Source: Candidatus Saccharimonadales bacterium
Lineage (GTDB): Bacteria > Patescibacteriota > Saccharimonadia > Saccharimonadales > JBGTLD01
Direction of reading: 5' to 3'
Assembly: GCA_041744275.1 (NCBI GenBank)
Contig: JBGTLD010000025.1
Location: 1 to 54,578 of the forward strand
DNA: 54,578 bases
Below the pieces are notes generated by a model. That model was not told the DNA's origin and searched no databases. It worked only from the letters and a program-made list of their open reading frames with translations. The translations under genes were made by a program, and so were the position numbers. Shown one piece after another: positions 1-7,885 of the stretch. Every line of letters starts with the position of its first letter. Positions within the stretch are counted from its first letter, which is position 1.

Positions 1-113
1 TAAGTCTGCGAAATTGTTATCAAGATTTTCATTATTGTTAGCTTCCATGCATTCATAATATATGAAAACTCACTGTTATATCACTGTAATCTGCAAAAGA
101 GGGTTACAAAACT

Positions 114-311
114 TTAATCAAATAGTCCAGCAAGTATCTTACGCAAGTACTCAATGTGTTCAGGCGATTTGTCTGCCTTGGTGCCAGCAGCACCTCGTAA
201 GTTCGCTATCATCTTTTCTGCTGCCGAAGTAGTTGGCGGCTGTATGTGCGACATATCAGGCATTCGTCTGCGCATCATTTCTAAAAGGATAAGTGTTCTT
301 AGGTCTTCCAT
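114..311 (-). CDS. hypothetical small protein (65 aa)
   Basis: ORF only, with no recognisable motif. Divergent from the 453.. operon. Confidence 0.3.
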   Translation of the reverse strand: MEDLRTLILLEMMRRRMPDMSHIQPPTTSAAEKMIANLRGAAGTKADKSPEHIEYLRKILAGLFD

Positions 312-452
312 ATACTAAGTATAAGACGAGTCATATCTGCCCGTATAGGGCTAGTACAGGCGGTTTAAGCTGGTTTTCAGAGCTATTCACAGCAATTGGC
401 GATGCCCCTATTAACCTGTTAAAATAACAGATGATGCGGTGACCGAGAATAG

Positions 453-1484
453 GTGGTAGCTTGCAAAGCTACATACGGCAGGTTAATGTCTGCCTCGCAT
501 CTCCAAATTATTATGACAGCACAAGAATACATACAGACTAAACTTGATGACCTGAAACAGTCCGCAGGTGTTGAAAAGCCAGCCAGTGATGAGCAGCTTG
601 CAGAGGCTATTTTTAAGGCATTTACGTCAAAGAAGTTCCGCAAATATAGCTTAGGGCAAGAACACGCTAACCATATAAAGTCTTCAATAGCCCTAAACAT
701 TAAGAACAAAGAGCCTATTAAAGCCACTCTTGTTTTTGGTGGCTACAAGTTATGGCGACTTGAAGAAACGCCCGAAGTGGATTGGGCGGAATTATTTTCA
801 CTTATCTACTACACCAACTGGATGAAACCTGTGTGCGAATTGTATGAGCCTGGTGTTTGGTTTGATTTCTTCTCTGATGACGTTATCGTTGCCAAGATGA
901 ATAATGTATCACCAGATGACACAAAAGCCTACCAAGAGAGCTTCAAAAAGCTCCTCGCTTTTATAAAGCCATATCAACCAAGTAATTTGAATATGACACT
1001 CAATCGTGTGGGCGACCAATATGATAGTTATGCGGACTTTGAAAAAGACCTAGACGAACAAATTAAAGCTAAGGCAGCTAGTATTGAAGGCGGTCTTCCT
1101 GTGCTTGACGATATTGCAAAAGCAACTCTAGAACTAAATGTAAGAACTACTCCAGAACAAGAAGCTGACCCGCAATGGCGTGAGAAAGTTCAGCTTATGC
1201 ACGACGGTTACGCACAAGTTACTGGCAGGCGACCATATTACCGACAACCCGACAAACTAAACATTATGACCACACCTTTTAACGGAATGTTATCCGTAGG
1301 TACGACTAAAGACAGCATTATGAAGTTTTGGATTGGCGTAGGTATCCTAAGACCAAAAGAAGACAGCTACAGACAGATTGTTATGTCACCCAACCAACTA
1401 GAACAAGCAAGATTTGATGTTGAAGATGTACATTTAAGCGGCTTAGATGGTAAGAACTTTAAAAAAGTTAGGGTTCTGAAATGA
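453..1484 (+). CDS. hypothetical protein, first gene of the SMODS/SLATT operon
   Basis: 343-aa ORF; the start is uncertain (in-frame ATGs at 486 and 513). Its stop overlaps the next start (ATGA at 1481-1484). No firm family. The segment EPIKATLVFGGYKLW..PEVDWAELF..YEPGVWFDFFSDD..VSPDD..Y loosely recalls the DIT1/PvcA-type layout; this comes from memory and is unverified. Confidence 0.6.
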   Translation: MVACKATYGRLMSASHLQIIMTAQEYIQTKLDDLKQSAGVEKPASDEQLAEAIFKAFTSKKFRKYSLGQEHANHIKSSIALNIKNKEPIKATLVFGGYKLWRLEETPEVDWAELFSLIYYTNWMKPVCELYEPGVWFDFFSDDVIVAKMNNVSPDDTKAYQESFKKLLAFIKPYQPSNLNMTLNRVGDQYDSYADFEKDLDEQIKAKAASIEGGLPVLDDIAKATLELNVRTTPEQEADPQWREKVQLMHDGYAQVTGRRPYYRQPDKLNIMTTPFNGMLSVGTTKDSIMKFWIGVGILRPKEDSYRQIVMSPNQLEQARFDVEDVHLSGLDGKNFKKVRVLK

Positions 1485-2149
1485 AGCTTGTTTTATGCTC
1501 CGAAGGCTTTCATACATCTAACACAGTTGAGGCGTGTGTAAAATTAGTCGGTAAACCAAAAGACGAAATATCCATAGGAATTATCAACGAAGCTTTTGCA
1601 GTTGAAGTAGGCGATAAACGCTGGGTGCTAGACAACTTAAACTCGGTTGCTAGTAATTTTAGCGGTGAAATAGATATTGTTGATTTACTCGCACTTTCGT
1701 TGAATGAGGTTGAAGAACGTTTGGCTGACAAAGATGTAATTTTCGTGGTTGGTGGAGACACGGATTACCTAATGAGTGTCTACCAAAAGACTGGTTTTGA
1801 TAAGTTGCTACCTAAACTACTTGAAACAAAGGTCTACGTTGGTAGCAGCGCTGGTTCAATGGTTGTCGGTAAGCGTATTTCTGCTGCTGCGTACAGGCTT
1901 ATCTATGGCGAGGATAGCAAATGGAACATAAATGAGTATGTTGGGCTGGTTGACCTTTCAGTAATGCCACATCTTGACTCGCCACACTTCCCCAATCGCA
2001 AGGAAAGTTTACTAGAGGCAGTTGGTAGCTTTGAGGGCAAAGTCTATGGTCTTCGTGATGATAGTGCTGTAGTTATAGATGACGATAACATTCATACAAT
2101 TGGAAGCGAACCGATTTTTATTGAAAAAGGTAAAATAGTAAGTGGGTGA
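1481..2149 (+). CDS. peptidase S51-like (dipeptidase E / class I glutamine amidotransferase-like fold)
   Basis: VVGGDTDYLM followed by VYVGSSAGSMVVG (nucleophile-elbow Ser) and a downstream His (PHLDSPH). The 222-aa length is typical of S51. Confidence 0.65.
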   Translation: MKLVLCSEGFHTSNTVEACVKLVGKPKDEISIGIINEAFAVEVGDKRWVLDNLNSVASNFSGEIDIVDLLALSLNEVEERLADKDVIFVVGGDTDYLMSVYQKTGFDKLLPKLLETKVYVGSSAGSMVVGKRISAAAYRLIYGEDSKWNINEYVGLVDLSVMPHLDSPHFPNRKESLLEAVGSFEGKVYGLRDDSAVVIDDDNIHTIGSEPIFIEKGKIVSG

Positions 2150-2729
2150 CTTAAAGCAACATATTCTTGAAGTTTCCCCAAAAGTCGGCAATGTCCGTTT
2201 TATTGCTGTTGACGGACACGGTGGTTCTGGCAAATCAACATTGGCTGAAATACTCTCTAAACAACTAAATGCAGAGGTTATACATACAGACGATTTCGCA
2301 GGATGGGATAATCCCGAAAACTGGTGGCCGTTAGTGATTGAGCGAGTATTTGAACCTATTAAGAGAGGGTCTTCTACACTTAGCTACCCACGTTCAAAAT
2401 GGTGGGAAACACATAATCCCAATCCAGTCGTTAATCAGCCTGTTACTGACATAATGATTTTAGAAGGCGTAAGCTCACTGCGCAAAGAGTTTAGGAGCTA
2501 TCTATCACTGGGTGTATTTGTTGATGCGCCTAAAGAGATTTGCTTACAGCGTGGTTTTGAGCGAGATAAGGGTCAGGACGGTAAGTCTGATGATGAAATT
2601 AAGCAGATGTGGCAGCAGTGGTATGAAAAAGAAGAAGTGTATATCACCAGAGATAATCCTAAAGAGGCTGCTGACCTTGTTGTGGACGGTACTGTACCTT
2701 ATGAGGAACAACTGCAAGGAACCAGTTAA
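2142..2729 (+). CDS. P-loop nucleoside/nucleotide kinase-like protein (uridine kinase-like)
   Basis: Walker A VDGHGGSGKSTLAE, then HTDDF and ILEGV segments. A GTG start lies inside the end of the previous gene. Confidence 0.6.
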   Translation: MGDLKQHILEVSPKVGNVRFIAVDGHGGSGKSTLAEILSKQLNAEVIHTDDFAGWDNPENWWPLVIERVFEPIKRGSSTLSYPRSKWWETHNPNPVVNQPVTDIMILEGVSSLRKEFRSYLSLGVFVDAPKEICLQRGFERDKGQDGKSDDEIKQMWQQWYEKEEVYITRDNPKEAADLVVDGTVPYEEQLQGTS

Positions 2730-3614
2730 ATGACTGCCGTTACGACAAAGTTCAAGACATTCTGTAACGACATACTGATTTCTCCTGGAACTAAGAGTAA
2801 TGTATCTTATCGCTATAAACGCATAACTAAGCAGCTTAATGCAGATTTTTGGGGTTCAACTTCTGACACCGACCACAGCTTGTACGTTGGTTCTTACGGT
2901 AGAGATACGGCGATTCACGTTAGCGATATAGATATGCTTATGAAGCTGCCAGTTTCCTATTACCACGATTACGATAAGTATCAGGGCAACGGTCAGTCAG
3001 CACTCCTACAAGCGGTTAGAACTTCACTGCAAAAGACTTATAGCACTACACACCTTAAAGGCGATGGGCAGGTTGTTGTAGTTGCATTTGATGATGGGAT
3101 TAAGTTTGAAATACTTCCTTGTTTCCTCAACAAAGACAATCAAAGTTATACATATCCCGATACACACAACGGCGGCCAGTGGAAAGTTACAAACCCACGT
3201 CCTGAAATTAAAGCCATAAAAGACGCAAACGAAATATGGAACTACAATCTGAAACGGCTATGTAGAATGGCGAGAGCGTGGAAAGACCATTGGAGTGTAC
3301 CTATTGGTGGCTTGCTGATTGACACGTTAGCCTATAACTTTCTTTCACAATGGAGTAATCGGGATAAGACATACGAGTACTACGATTGGATGATGAGGGA
3401 CTTCTTTTTATACCTACATAACCAAAGCTCAACCCAGCAATACTGGCTAGCAATGGGGAGCGGACATCACGTATACCGTGAAGGTAACTTTGAATACAAG
3501 GCTCTAAGATGTTATAACATATCATTAGAAGCAATTACTTTTGAGTCAAATGGGCATAGCTGGTCAGCAAGTCAGAAGTGGAAAGAGATTTTTGGAACAA
3601 AGTTTAGTGGATAA
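2730..3614 (+). CDS. SMODS / CD-NTase-like nucleotidyltransferase
   Basis: Pol-beta NTase active-site pattern YVGSYGRDTAIHVSDIDMLMKLP (GS...DxD), plus a downstream acidic strand VVVAFDDGIKFEILP. The ATG directly abuts the previous TAA (TAAATG). Confidence 0.7.
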   Translation: MTAVTTKFKTFCNDILISPGTKSNVSYRYKRITKQLNADFWGSTSDTDHSLYVGSYGRDTAIHVSDIDMLMKLPVSYYHDYDKYQGNGQSALLQAVRTSLQKTYSTTHLKGDGQVVVVAFDDGIKFEILPCFLNKDNQSYTYPDTHNGGQWKVTNPRPEIKAIKDANEIWNYNLKRLCRMARAWKDHWSVPIGGLLIDTLAYNFLSQWSNRDKTYEYYDWMMRDFFLYLHNQSSTQQYWLAMGSGHHVYREGNFEYKALRCYNISLEAITFESNGHSWSASQKWKEIFGTKFSG

Positions 3615-3615
3615 A

Positions 3616-4188
3616 ATGGATTTAATTAACCTATCAGTAGTAAGACAATCTTTTGCGCAAACTGTATTTACACACCAAGTACAGGAGATAGCTGCTGCCA
3701 ATAAGCGTAAAAAGGTATTTTGGATTAAGTTATCTAATGTCCTGATTGTCAGCCTTGTACTGATATTGCTTGGCATACAGTCCCAAAGCCCTGATAATCC
3801 TATCTACTCTTACTTGGGTGCAGGTTTAACTGTAGCGGAGATAATCTTCCTAATCATTCAGCTTAATTTTGACTTTGAAGGTCAATCACTTCTACATAAA
3901 AATGCTGCACTAAAGTATATGGGCTTACGTGATAGGTACAGACTCTTGATAGCCGACATTATGAACAGCCAAGCACCAAAGAAAGAAATTATTGCTAGAC
4001 GTGATAGCTTGCAGAATGAATACCAGTCCATTTCAGACCTCTCACCAAATACGGGTAAAAAAGAATACGATGCAGCGCAAGTAGCTTTGAACAAAAAAGG
4101 ACTCGTAAAAAGCGAGCAGTTCACTTGGTCAGATAAAGAAATAGACCACTTTCTCCCAGAAGAGCTTCGTTTAACTCGTAAAAAGTAA
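3616..4188 (+). CDS. SLATT-like two-transmembrane effector protein
   Basis: The ATG lies 1 nt after the SMODS stop. Two hydrophobic helices (VFWIKLSNVLIVSLVLILLGI; YLGAGLTVAEIIFLIIQL) are followed by a helical tail (ALKYMGLRDRYRLLIADI..). This architecture and the adjacency to SMODS match the SLATT families. Confidence 0.6.
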   Translation: MDLINLSVVRQSFAQTVFTHQVQEIAAANKRKKVFWIKLSNVLIVSLVLILLGIQSQSPDNPIYSYLGAGLTVAEIIFLIIQLNFDFEGQSLLHKNAALKYMGLRDRYRLLIADIMNSQAPKKEIIARRDSLQNEYQSISDLSPNTGKKEYDAAQVALNKKGLVKSEQFTWSDKEIDHFLPEELRLTRKK

Positions 4189-4391
4189 ATAATTGCTACC
4201 GCAATAGCCCATAAGCCTATTTGATGTATGAGTTAGAGCTAGACTACGCTGTCTGTTTATATCAGTAGATTATAGTTTCAGGCTCTAGTGTACGTGTATC
4301 TAAGTTAGGCACTTTAGATAAGCTGTCAGGTTTGTCCCAGATTTCATACAAAAGTTTAAGGAAAGTATCTATACTTGCACCAAAAAGAGAT

Positions 4392-4419
4392 CCCCACCAT
4401 GTGTGGGGTTTTCTTTTTG
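4392..4419. terminator. bidirectional intrinsic terminator candidate
   Basis: Hairpin CCCCAC-catgt-GTGGGG flanked by an A-run upstream and TTTTCTTTTT downstream. It lies between convergent genes. Confidence 0.5.
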
Positions 4420-4528
4420 GTCTGATGTGCCTCAAATCTCTGCCTAAAAAGGCTAGGGTGAGAAATGCCAGCGGTTCCGCCGGCTGACGGATCGCAAGGA
4501 AACAAACTCTTGAAAACTTGTTTTCAAA

Positions 4529-4580
4529 GATGTTTTTTCGGGCACGTGGAACGTGAGGGGAACCCCACACCCGACCAAAC
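4529..4580 (+). repeat. intergenic repeat family A, copy 1 (about 52 nt)
   Basis: GATGTTTTTTCGGGCACGTGGAACGTGAGGGGAACCCCACACCCGACCAAAC. The second copy is at 6520-6570. It contains a short GC hairpin (GTGAGGGG..CCCCACAC). Confidence 0.7.
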
Positions 4581-4595
4581 TAATTTCTTGTTTTA

Positions 4596-4868
4596 CTAGA
4601 GTAAATCAGCTTCGGCTGCGTCTAGTTCGGTTATATCAAGCTCGTCTACATTGATATCGTTTAGATTGTCTTCTGATGTTTGTAGGTCGTCAGCATTGTT
4701 AATTTCTTCTTGCTGAGAAGTTTCTGGTACTGTTTGGTTTGGATCACTTTTGTTATCTTGTTTGTTTAACACATAGAACCCCGCAAAGCCGATAACCCCT
4801 ATTACTACTAACACTAGCAATACTTCTACAATACTAAATCCAAATTGGTTGTTTCTTTGACGATTCAT
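4596..4868 (-). CDS. type IV pilin-like protein (prepilin N-terminal cleavage/methylation motif) with acidic tail
   Basis: N-terminus NQFG|FSIVEVLLVLVVIGVIGF carries G-F-S-x-x-E followed by a hydrophobic helix. It is coupled to the upstream gene by TAATG. Confidence 0.7.
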   Translation of the reverse strand: MNRQRNNQFGFSIVEVLLVLVVIGVIGFAGFYVLNKQDNKSDPNQTVPETSQQEEINNADDLQTSEDNLNDINVDELDITELDAAEADLL

Positions 4869-5557
4869 TAGTTTGCTCCTTCGGTTTCGGTAGGCGTAGT
4901 TTCAGCTTCAGGCTCTGTTGTCTCGTCCGAGTCGTTACTGGTATCTTCTGACTCATCATCGTTTTGTTGAGGAGCTTCTGCTTTTAATGAGCTAATAAGG
5001 TCAACAAGAGTTGAACGATATGCTTTAAGCGATTCTTTTGCCGCTTGTGCGCTATCACGGTAAGTTGCAACCGTTCCAGCCACGTCAGGATTCTCACAGT
5101 CTACTTCTACGTTGAGTTCGCTAAGCACTGAAGCTTCCAGCGTAGCTGCTGCTTGCGCTTCTGCCACTTCTGCATTTAGCTCATCATAATTGTCGACAGT
5201 CAGCTGACCCTTATCGTAGAATTTCTGCACTCGTTCATAAATCTTATCGAATGTTCCAACATGTTTTGTTGCTTGTGCTGAAATACGAGACATTGCAGAT
5301 GTGATTTTGGCTTGTCGTTTCTCGCAAGCTGCCATGCGAGCTTCTGTTGATTTTACTTGTGCCGTTTCACGCTTTTCCGCAATCATTTCTTTCGTAGCCG
5401 ATTTACGTTCTTCGATACGCTCTGTTACTTCTGCGGGTCGGCCACGCTGTCTATCTTCTTGTTGAGCATTGACAACTCCTGGCAAAAACAATCCTAGTGA
5501 TAAAATCACTCCTGTCATTATTGCTAGCGAGCTTTGTATTCGTGTGTATTTTGTCAT
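4868..5557 (-). CDS. secreted coiled-coil protein, hypothetical
   Basis: Signal-peptide-like N-terminus (..LSLGLFLPGVVNAQQ), an Ala/Glu/Lys-rich helical body and an acidic Thr/Glu tail. Confidence 0.6.
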   Translation of the reverse strand: MTKYTRIQSSLAIMTGVILSLGLFLPGVVNAQQEDRQRGRPAEVTERIEERKSATKEMIAEKRETAQVKSTEARMAACEKRQAKITSAMSRISAQATKHVGTFDKIYERVQKFYDKGQLTVDNYDELNAEVAEAQAAATLEASVLSELNVEVDCENPDVAGTVATYRDSAQAAKESLKAYRSTLVDLISSLKAEAPQQNDDESEDTSNDSDETTEPEAETTPTETEGAN

Positions 5558-5637
5558 TTGTTAAGTGTCCTATTTATGTAGTACTATTTAAGCACAAGAA
5601 CTTCAAAACAAATAATCTGTAAAAGACATAAATCATA

Positions 5638-6324
5638 ATGCATATGCAACAAAATCAAAAAGGATTCGCTCATATATTCATAGTTTTAATTGTAGCAGTT
5701 GTTGGGGTTACAGTTTTTGCAGGGTATAGAATCTATAATAAAAATACTTCAACAACTGAAAGCCCAAGTTCTAGCTTTTCTGCTGAAGAATCTACTACTG
5801 ACGAGCACGAAGAGATGAATGACGAAGAAACTGCTATGGCTACAGAAGATGAATCTAGTGCACCAGATATTAACCAAACTTCTCCATCGACACCTACTAC
5901 TGAGAGTACCAATTCTGCCCCTATCCAAAATACTAATACTAATACTAATACTAATACTAATACAGGTTCAGGCCCGACAGAATCTATCAGTCAGCCACCT
6001 CCAAGTTCAGGTAGCACTCCAACGAGTACAGTAAATAAGAAATCCTTCACCATAGACTCCTTTAGTTTTGGTTATTCTCTAAGCAGTATAAATGTAAGCC
6101 CTGGCGATGAAGTAACACTAAAATTGACTAATAGCGGTGGAAAGCATGATTGGGTTGTTAATGAGATAAGCGGCGCTAGAACTAGTATCATTAGCGGCGG
6201 ACAAACCGATACTATTACTTTTATAGTACCTCAAAGCGCAGCAGGAAAGACTTACAAGTTTTATTGCAGTGTCGGAAATCATAGAGCGCAAGGAATGGAA
6301 GGCAACTTAGTCATTTCTTCGTAA
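5638..6324 (+). CDS. membrane-anchored type-1 (blue) copper protein, cupredoxin domain
   Basis: N-terminal anchor KGFAHIFIVLIVAVVGV (pilin-like, but without Glu5). A Ser/Thr/Pro/Asn low-complexity linker follows. The C-terminal cupredoxin carries ligands H (GGKHDW) and C-x4-H-x4-M (YCSVGNHRAQGM). Confidence 0.75.
   Translation: MHMQQNQKGFAHIFIVLIVAVVGVTVFAGYRIYNKNTSTTESPSSSFSAEESTTDEHEEMNDEETAMATEDESSAPDINQTSPSTPTTESTNSAPIQNTNTNTNTNTNTGSGPTESISQPPPSSGSTPTSTVNKKSFTIDSFSFGYSLSSINVSPGDEVTLKLTNSGGKHDWVVNEISGARTSIISGGQTDTITFIVPQSAAGKTYKFYCSVGNHRAQGMEGNLVISS
5929..5964 (+). repeat. hexanucleotide microsatellite (AATACT)x about 6 inside a CDS
   Basis: AATACT is repeated 5 times perfectly, followed by AATACA. 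It encodes (NT)n in the linker of the cupredoxin protein. Confidence 0.9.
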
Positions 6325-6466
6325 GCCATACCAAGAATGAAACATTTCTTACGCAATTTCTTGTAAATATTTACTACTACATTTGTTTTTTAACCATCGG
6401 AGAATAATTATATAGGAACGAGTGTGTTTTTTGTTATTAGTTTCATTTCTTCAAATTTCTAAGAAG

Positions 6467-6501
6467 TAAAGTTCTACTTTCGTAGCTTATGGCGCACCAA
6501 A
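6467..6501 (+). repeat. intergenic repeat family B, copy 1 (35 nt)
   Basis: TAAAGTTCTACTTTCGTAGCTTATGGCGCACCAAA, identical to 7384-7418. Confidence 0.85.
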
Positions 6502-6519
6502 CAAAGAACGTCCCAAAGA

Positions 6520-6570
6520 GATGTTTTTTCGGGCTCGCGGAACGTGAGGGGAGCCCTCACCCGCACCAAC
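6520..6570 (+). repeat. intergenic repeat family A, copy 2
   Basis: GATGTTTTTTCGGGCTCGCGGAACGTGAGGGGAGCCCTCACCCGCACCAAC. The hairpin GTGAGGG-gag-CCCTCAC carries a change relative to copy 1 that restores pairing. Confidence 0.7.
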
Positions 6571-6622
6571 CATAAGCACTAGTGAAAGATAGTGTTTCTT
6601 ATTTTTGTGAGATAATTAAATA

Positions 6623-7360
6623 ATGAACAAAAAAGTCTCAGTAATAATTCCTTGCTTCAATGACAGCGAATCGATTGATGCTGCATTTACGTCAATAGAC
6701 CATCAAAACTATGAACACATAGAAATTGTAGTAATCGATGATTGTAGCACTGTAAAACTAAATTTATCAGAACTTTCATCGTTGACGAAACATCCTGTTA
6801 AATTGATTAGGAATAAGCAAAACCTTGGAGCGAACATGAGTATTAATGAGGGTTTTAATGCTGCTTCCGGTGAGTATATTTGCATACTCGCAGCTGATGA
6901 TGTATTGCCAACTGACAGCATTTCGCAAAGAGCTAAATTATTGATGAATGGCGCTGATCTTGTTTTAGGAGCAACCCAACAGGTATTCAACAATAATTCA
7001 AAGATAATAAAGAGCGTTGACCTAAAAATAGATGCAGTCATAGAATGGCTTGAGCGAAAAGATGAATTAAAGGGGATAAACAATGCGACAGCTATGTACA
7101 CAAACAACCTCAGGAACAAGACTGGCTATAGGCTTGAGCGCGGAGCAAAAGGAAGCCACGAAGACTATGAATATGTACTTAGATTGTTCTTAAACGCACG
7201 TAATCCGGTTACTACGGAACATGTTTGCTACATTTACTATATGGACGAAAGCAGCACTATGTACACCGAGATTAAAAAAGATAAAAAGCAATGGAATTTA
7301 GCTCTAGCAGATCTAGAAAAAGAGTATATAGAAAAGATAGGTATAGTCCAGAACCTTTAG
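6623..7360 (+). CDS. glycosyltransferase family 2
   Basis: N-terminal VSVIIPCFNDSESI..EIVVIDDCST and a later AADDV motif, typical of GT-A / GT2. Confidence 0.8.
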   Translation: MNKKVSVIIPCFNDSESIDAAFTSIDHQNYEHIEIVVIDDCSTVKLNLSELSSLTKHPVKLIRNKQNLGANMSINEGFNAASGEYICILAADDVLPTDSISQRAKLLMNGADLVLGATQQVFNNNSKIIKSVDLKIDAVIEWLERKDELKGINNATAMYTNNLRNKTGYRLERGAKGSHEDYEYVLRLFLNARNPVTTEHVCYIYYMDESSTMYTEIKKDKKQWNLALADLEKEYIEKIGIVQNL

Positions 7361-7383
7361 AGAATCTGTGATTTTTCAAGTAA

Positions 7384-7418
7384 TAAAGTTCTACTTTCGT
7401 AGCTTATGGCGCACCAAA
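7384..7418 (+). repeat. intergenic repeat family B, copy 2 (35 nt)
   Basis: Identical 35-mer to 6467-6501, located 24 nt after the GT2 stop. Its GCACC part forms the 5' arm of a hairpin that ends in TTTTTT. Confidence 0.85.
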
Positions 7419-7517
7419 TGAGAGATTTCCAGACCTCGGTGTTTTTTCTTTATAGTAGGTTTATTTTAGAGTAGCGTTATAATGATGCAACAACCATCAA
7501 TTTAAAAAGAGATAGTC

Positions 7518-7709
7518 ATGGTTACAGGATACTGCGTTAAGTGTAAGGAAAAAGGCGTTGAATTATCAGCACCAGAAATTCATCAAACCGCTAAAGGTGG
7601 TTTTATGGCTAAAGGGAAGCACCAAGTATGCGGGACTACTGTTTGCGCAATGATGTCTAAAGACAATGCTGAAAAAGCAATTGAAGGTGGCGCAACAAAA
7701 TCTTACTAA
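7518..7709 (+). CDS. DUF5679-like small zinc-ribbon protein
   Basis: GYCVKCKEKGVEL..AKGKHQVCGTTV gives a CxxC...CG pattern at 63 aa. This matches my recollection of the DUF5679 mini-proteins. Confidence 0.6.
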   Translation: MVTGYCVKCKEKGVELSAPEIHQTAKGGFMAKGKHQVCGTTVCAMMSKDNAEKAIEGGATKSY

Positions 7710-7733
7710 TTTGCTAAGCGCACCAAACATAGA

Positions 7734-7759
7734 GTCGAGCACAATGCTCGGCTTTTTAT
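7734..7759 (+). terminator. intrinsic terminator
   Basis: GTCGAGC-acaat-GCTCGGC followed by TTTTT. It is enclosed by an outer GCACCAAA/TTTGGTGC inverted repeat. Confidence 0.65.
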
Positions 7760-7885
7760 TTGGTGCAATATAGCTAATAAAAGCAGCTATATTTAAAATA
7801 TACTGGAAGAGCTACTGATTATAAGTATCTAAGTTCACCGTTGCTTGCTACTATGTATTTATAACAACTAATAAGGTGCATATAC

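Noticed and set aside
1-48. Edge fragments: a minus-strand ATG at 48 running off the left edge, and a plus-strand ATG at 54516 running off the right edge
   Set aside because: Only 16 and 21 codons are visible, which is too short to support a call.
4262-4570. 102-aa minus-strand ORF in the gap between the SLATT gene and the pilin-like gene
   Set aside because: It spans a terminator hairpin and repeat family A, whose two copies differ in a non-coding pattern. It has no RBS and a odd composition. I treat it as non-coding.
4200-4590. tmRNA, RNase P RNA or SRP RNA in the 400-nt gene-free region
   Set aside because: I could not find the signature motifs: GGAAAGUCC-type P4, a tRNA-like GGUUCGAAUCC..CCACCA end, or the SRP GGAA apical motif.
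6484-6501. The family B repeat ending GGCGCACCA as a tRNA 3'-end fragment (integration scar)
   Set aside because: The upstream sequence cannot form a T-arm and there is no GGTTCGA-like loop, so a tRNA origin is not supported.
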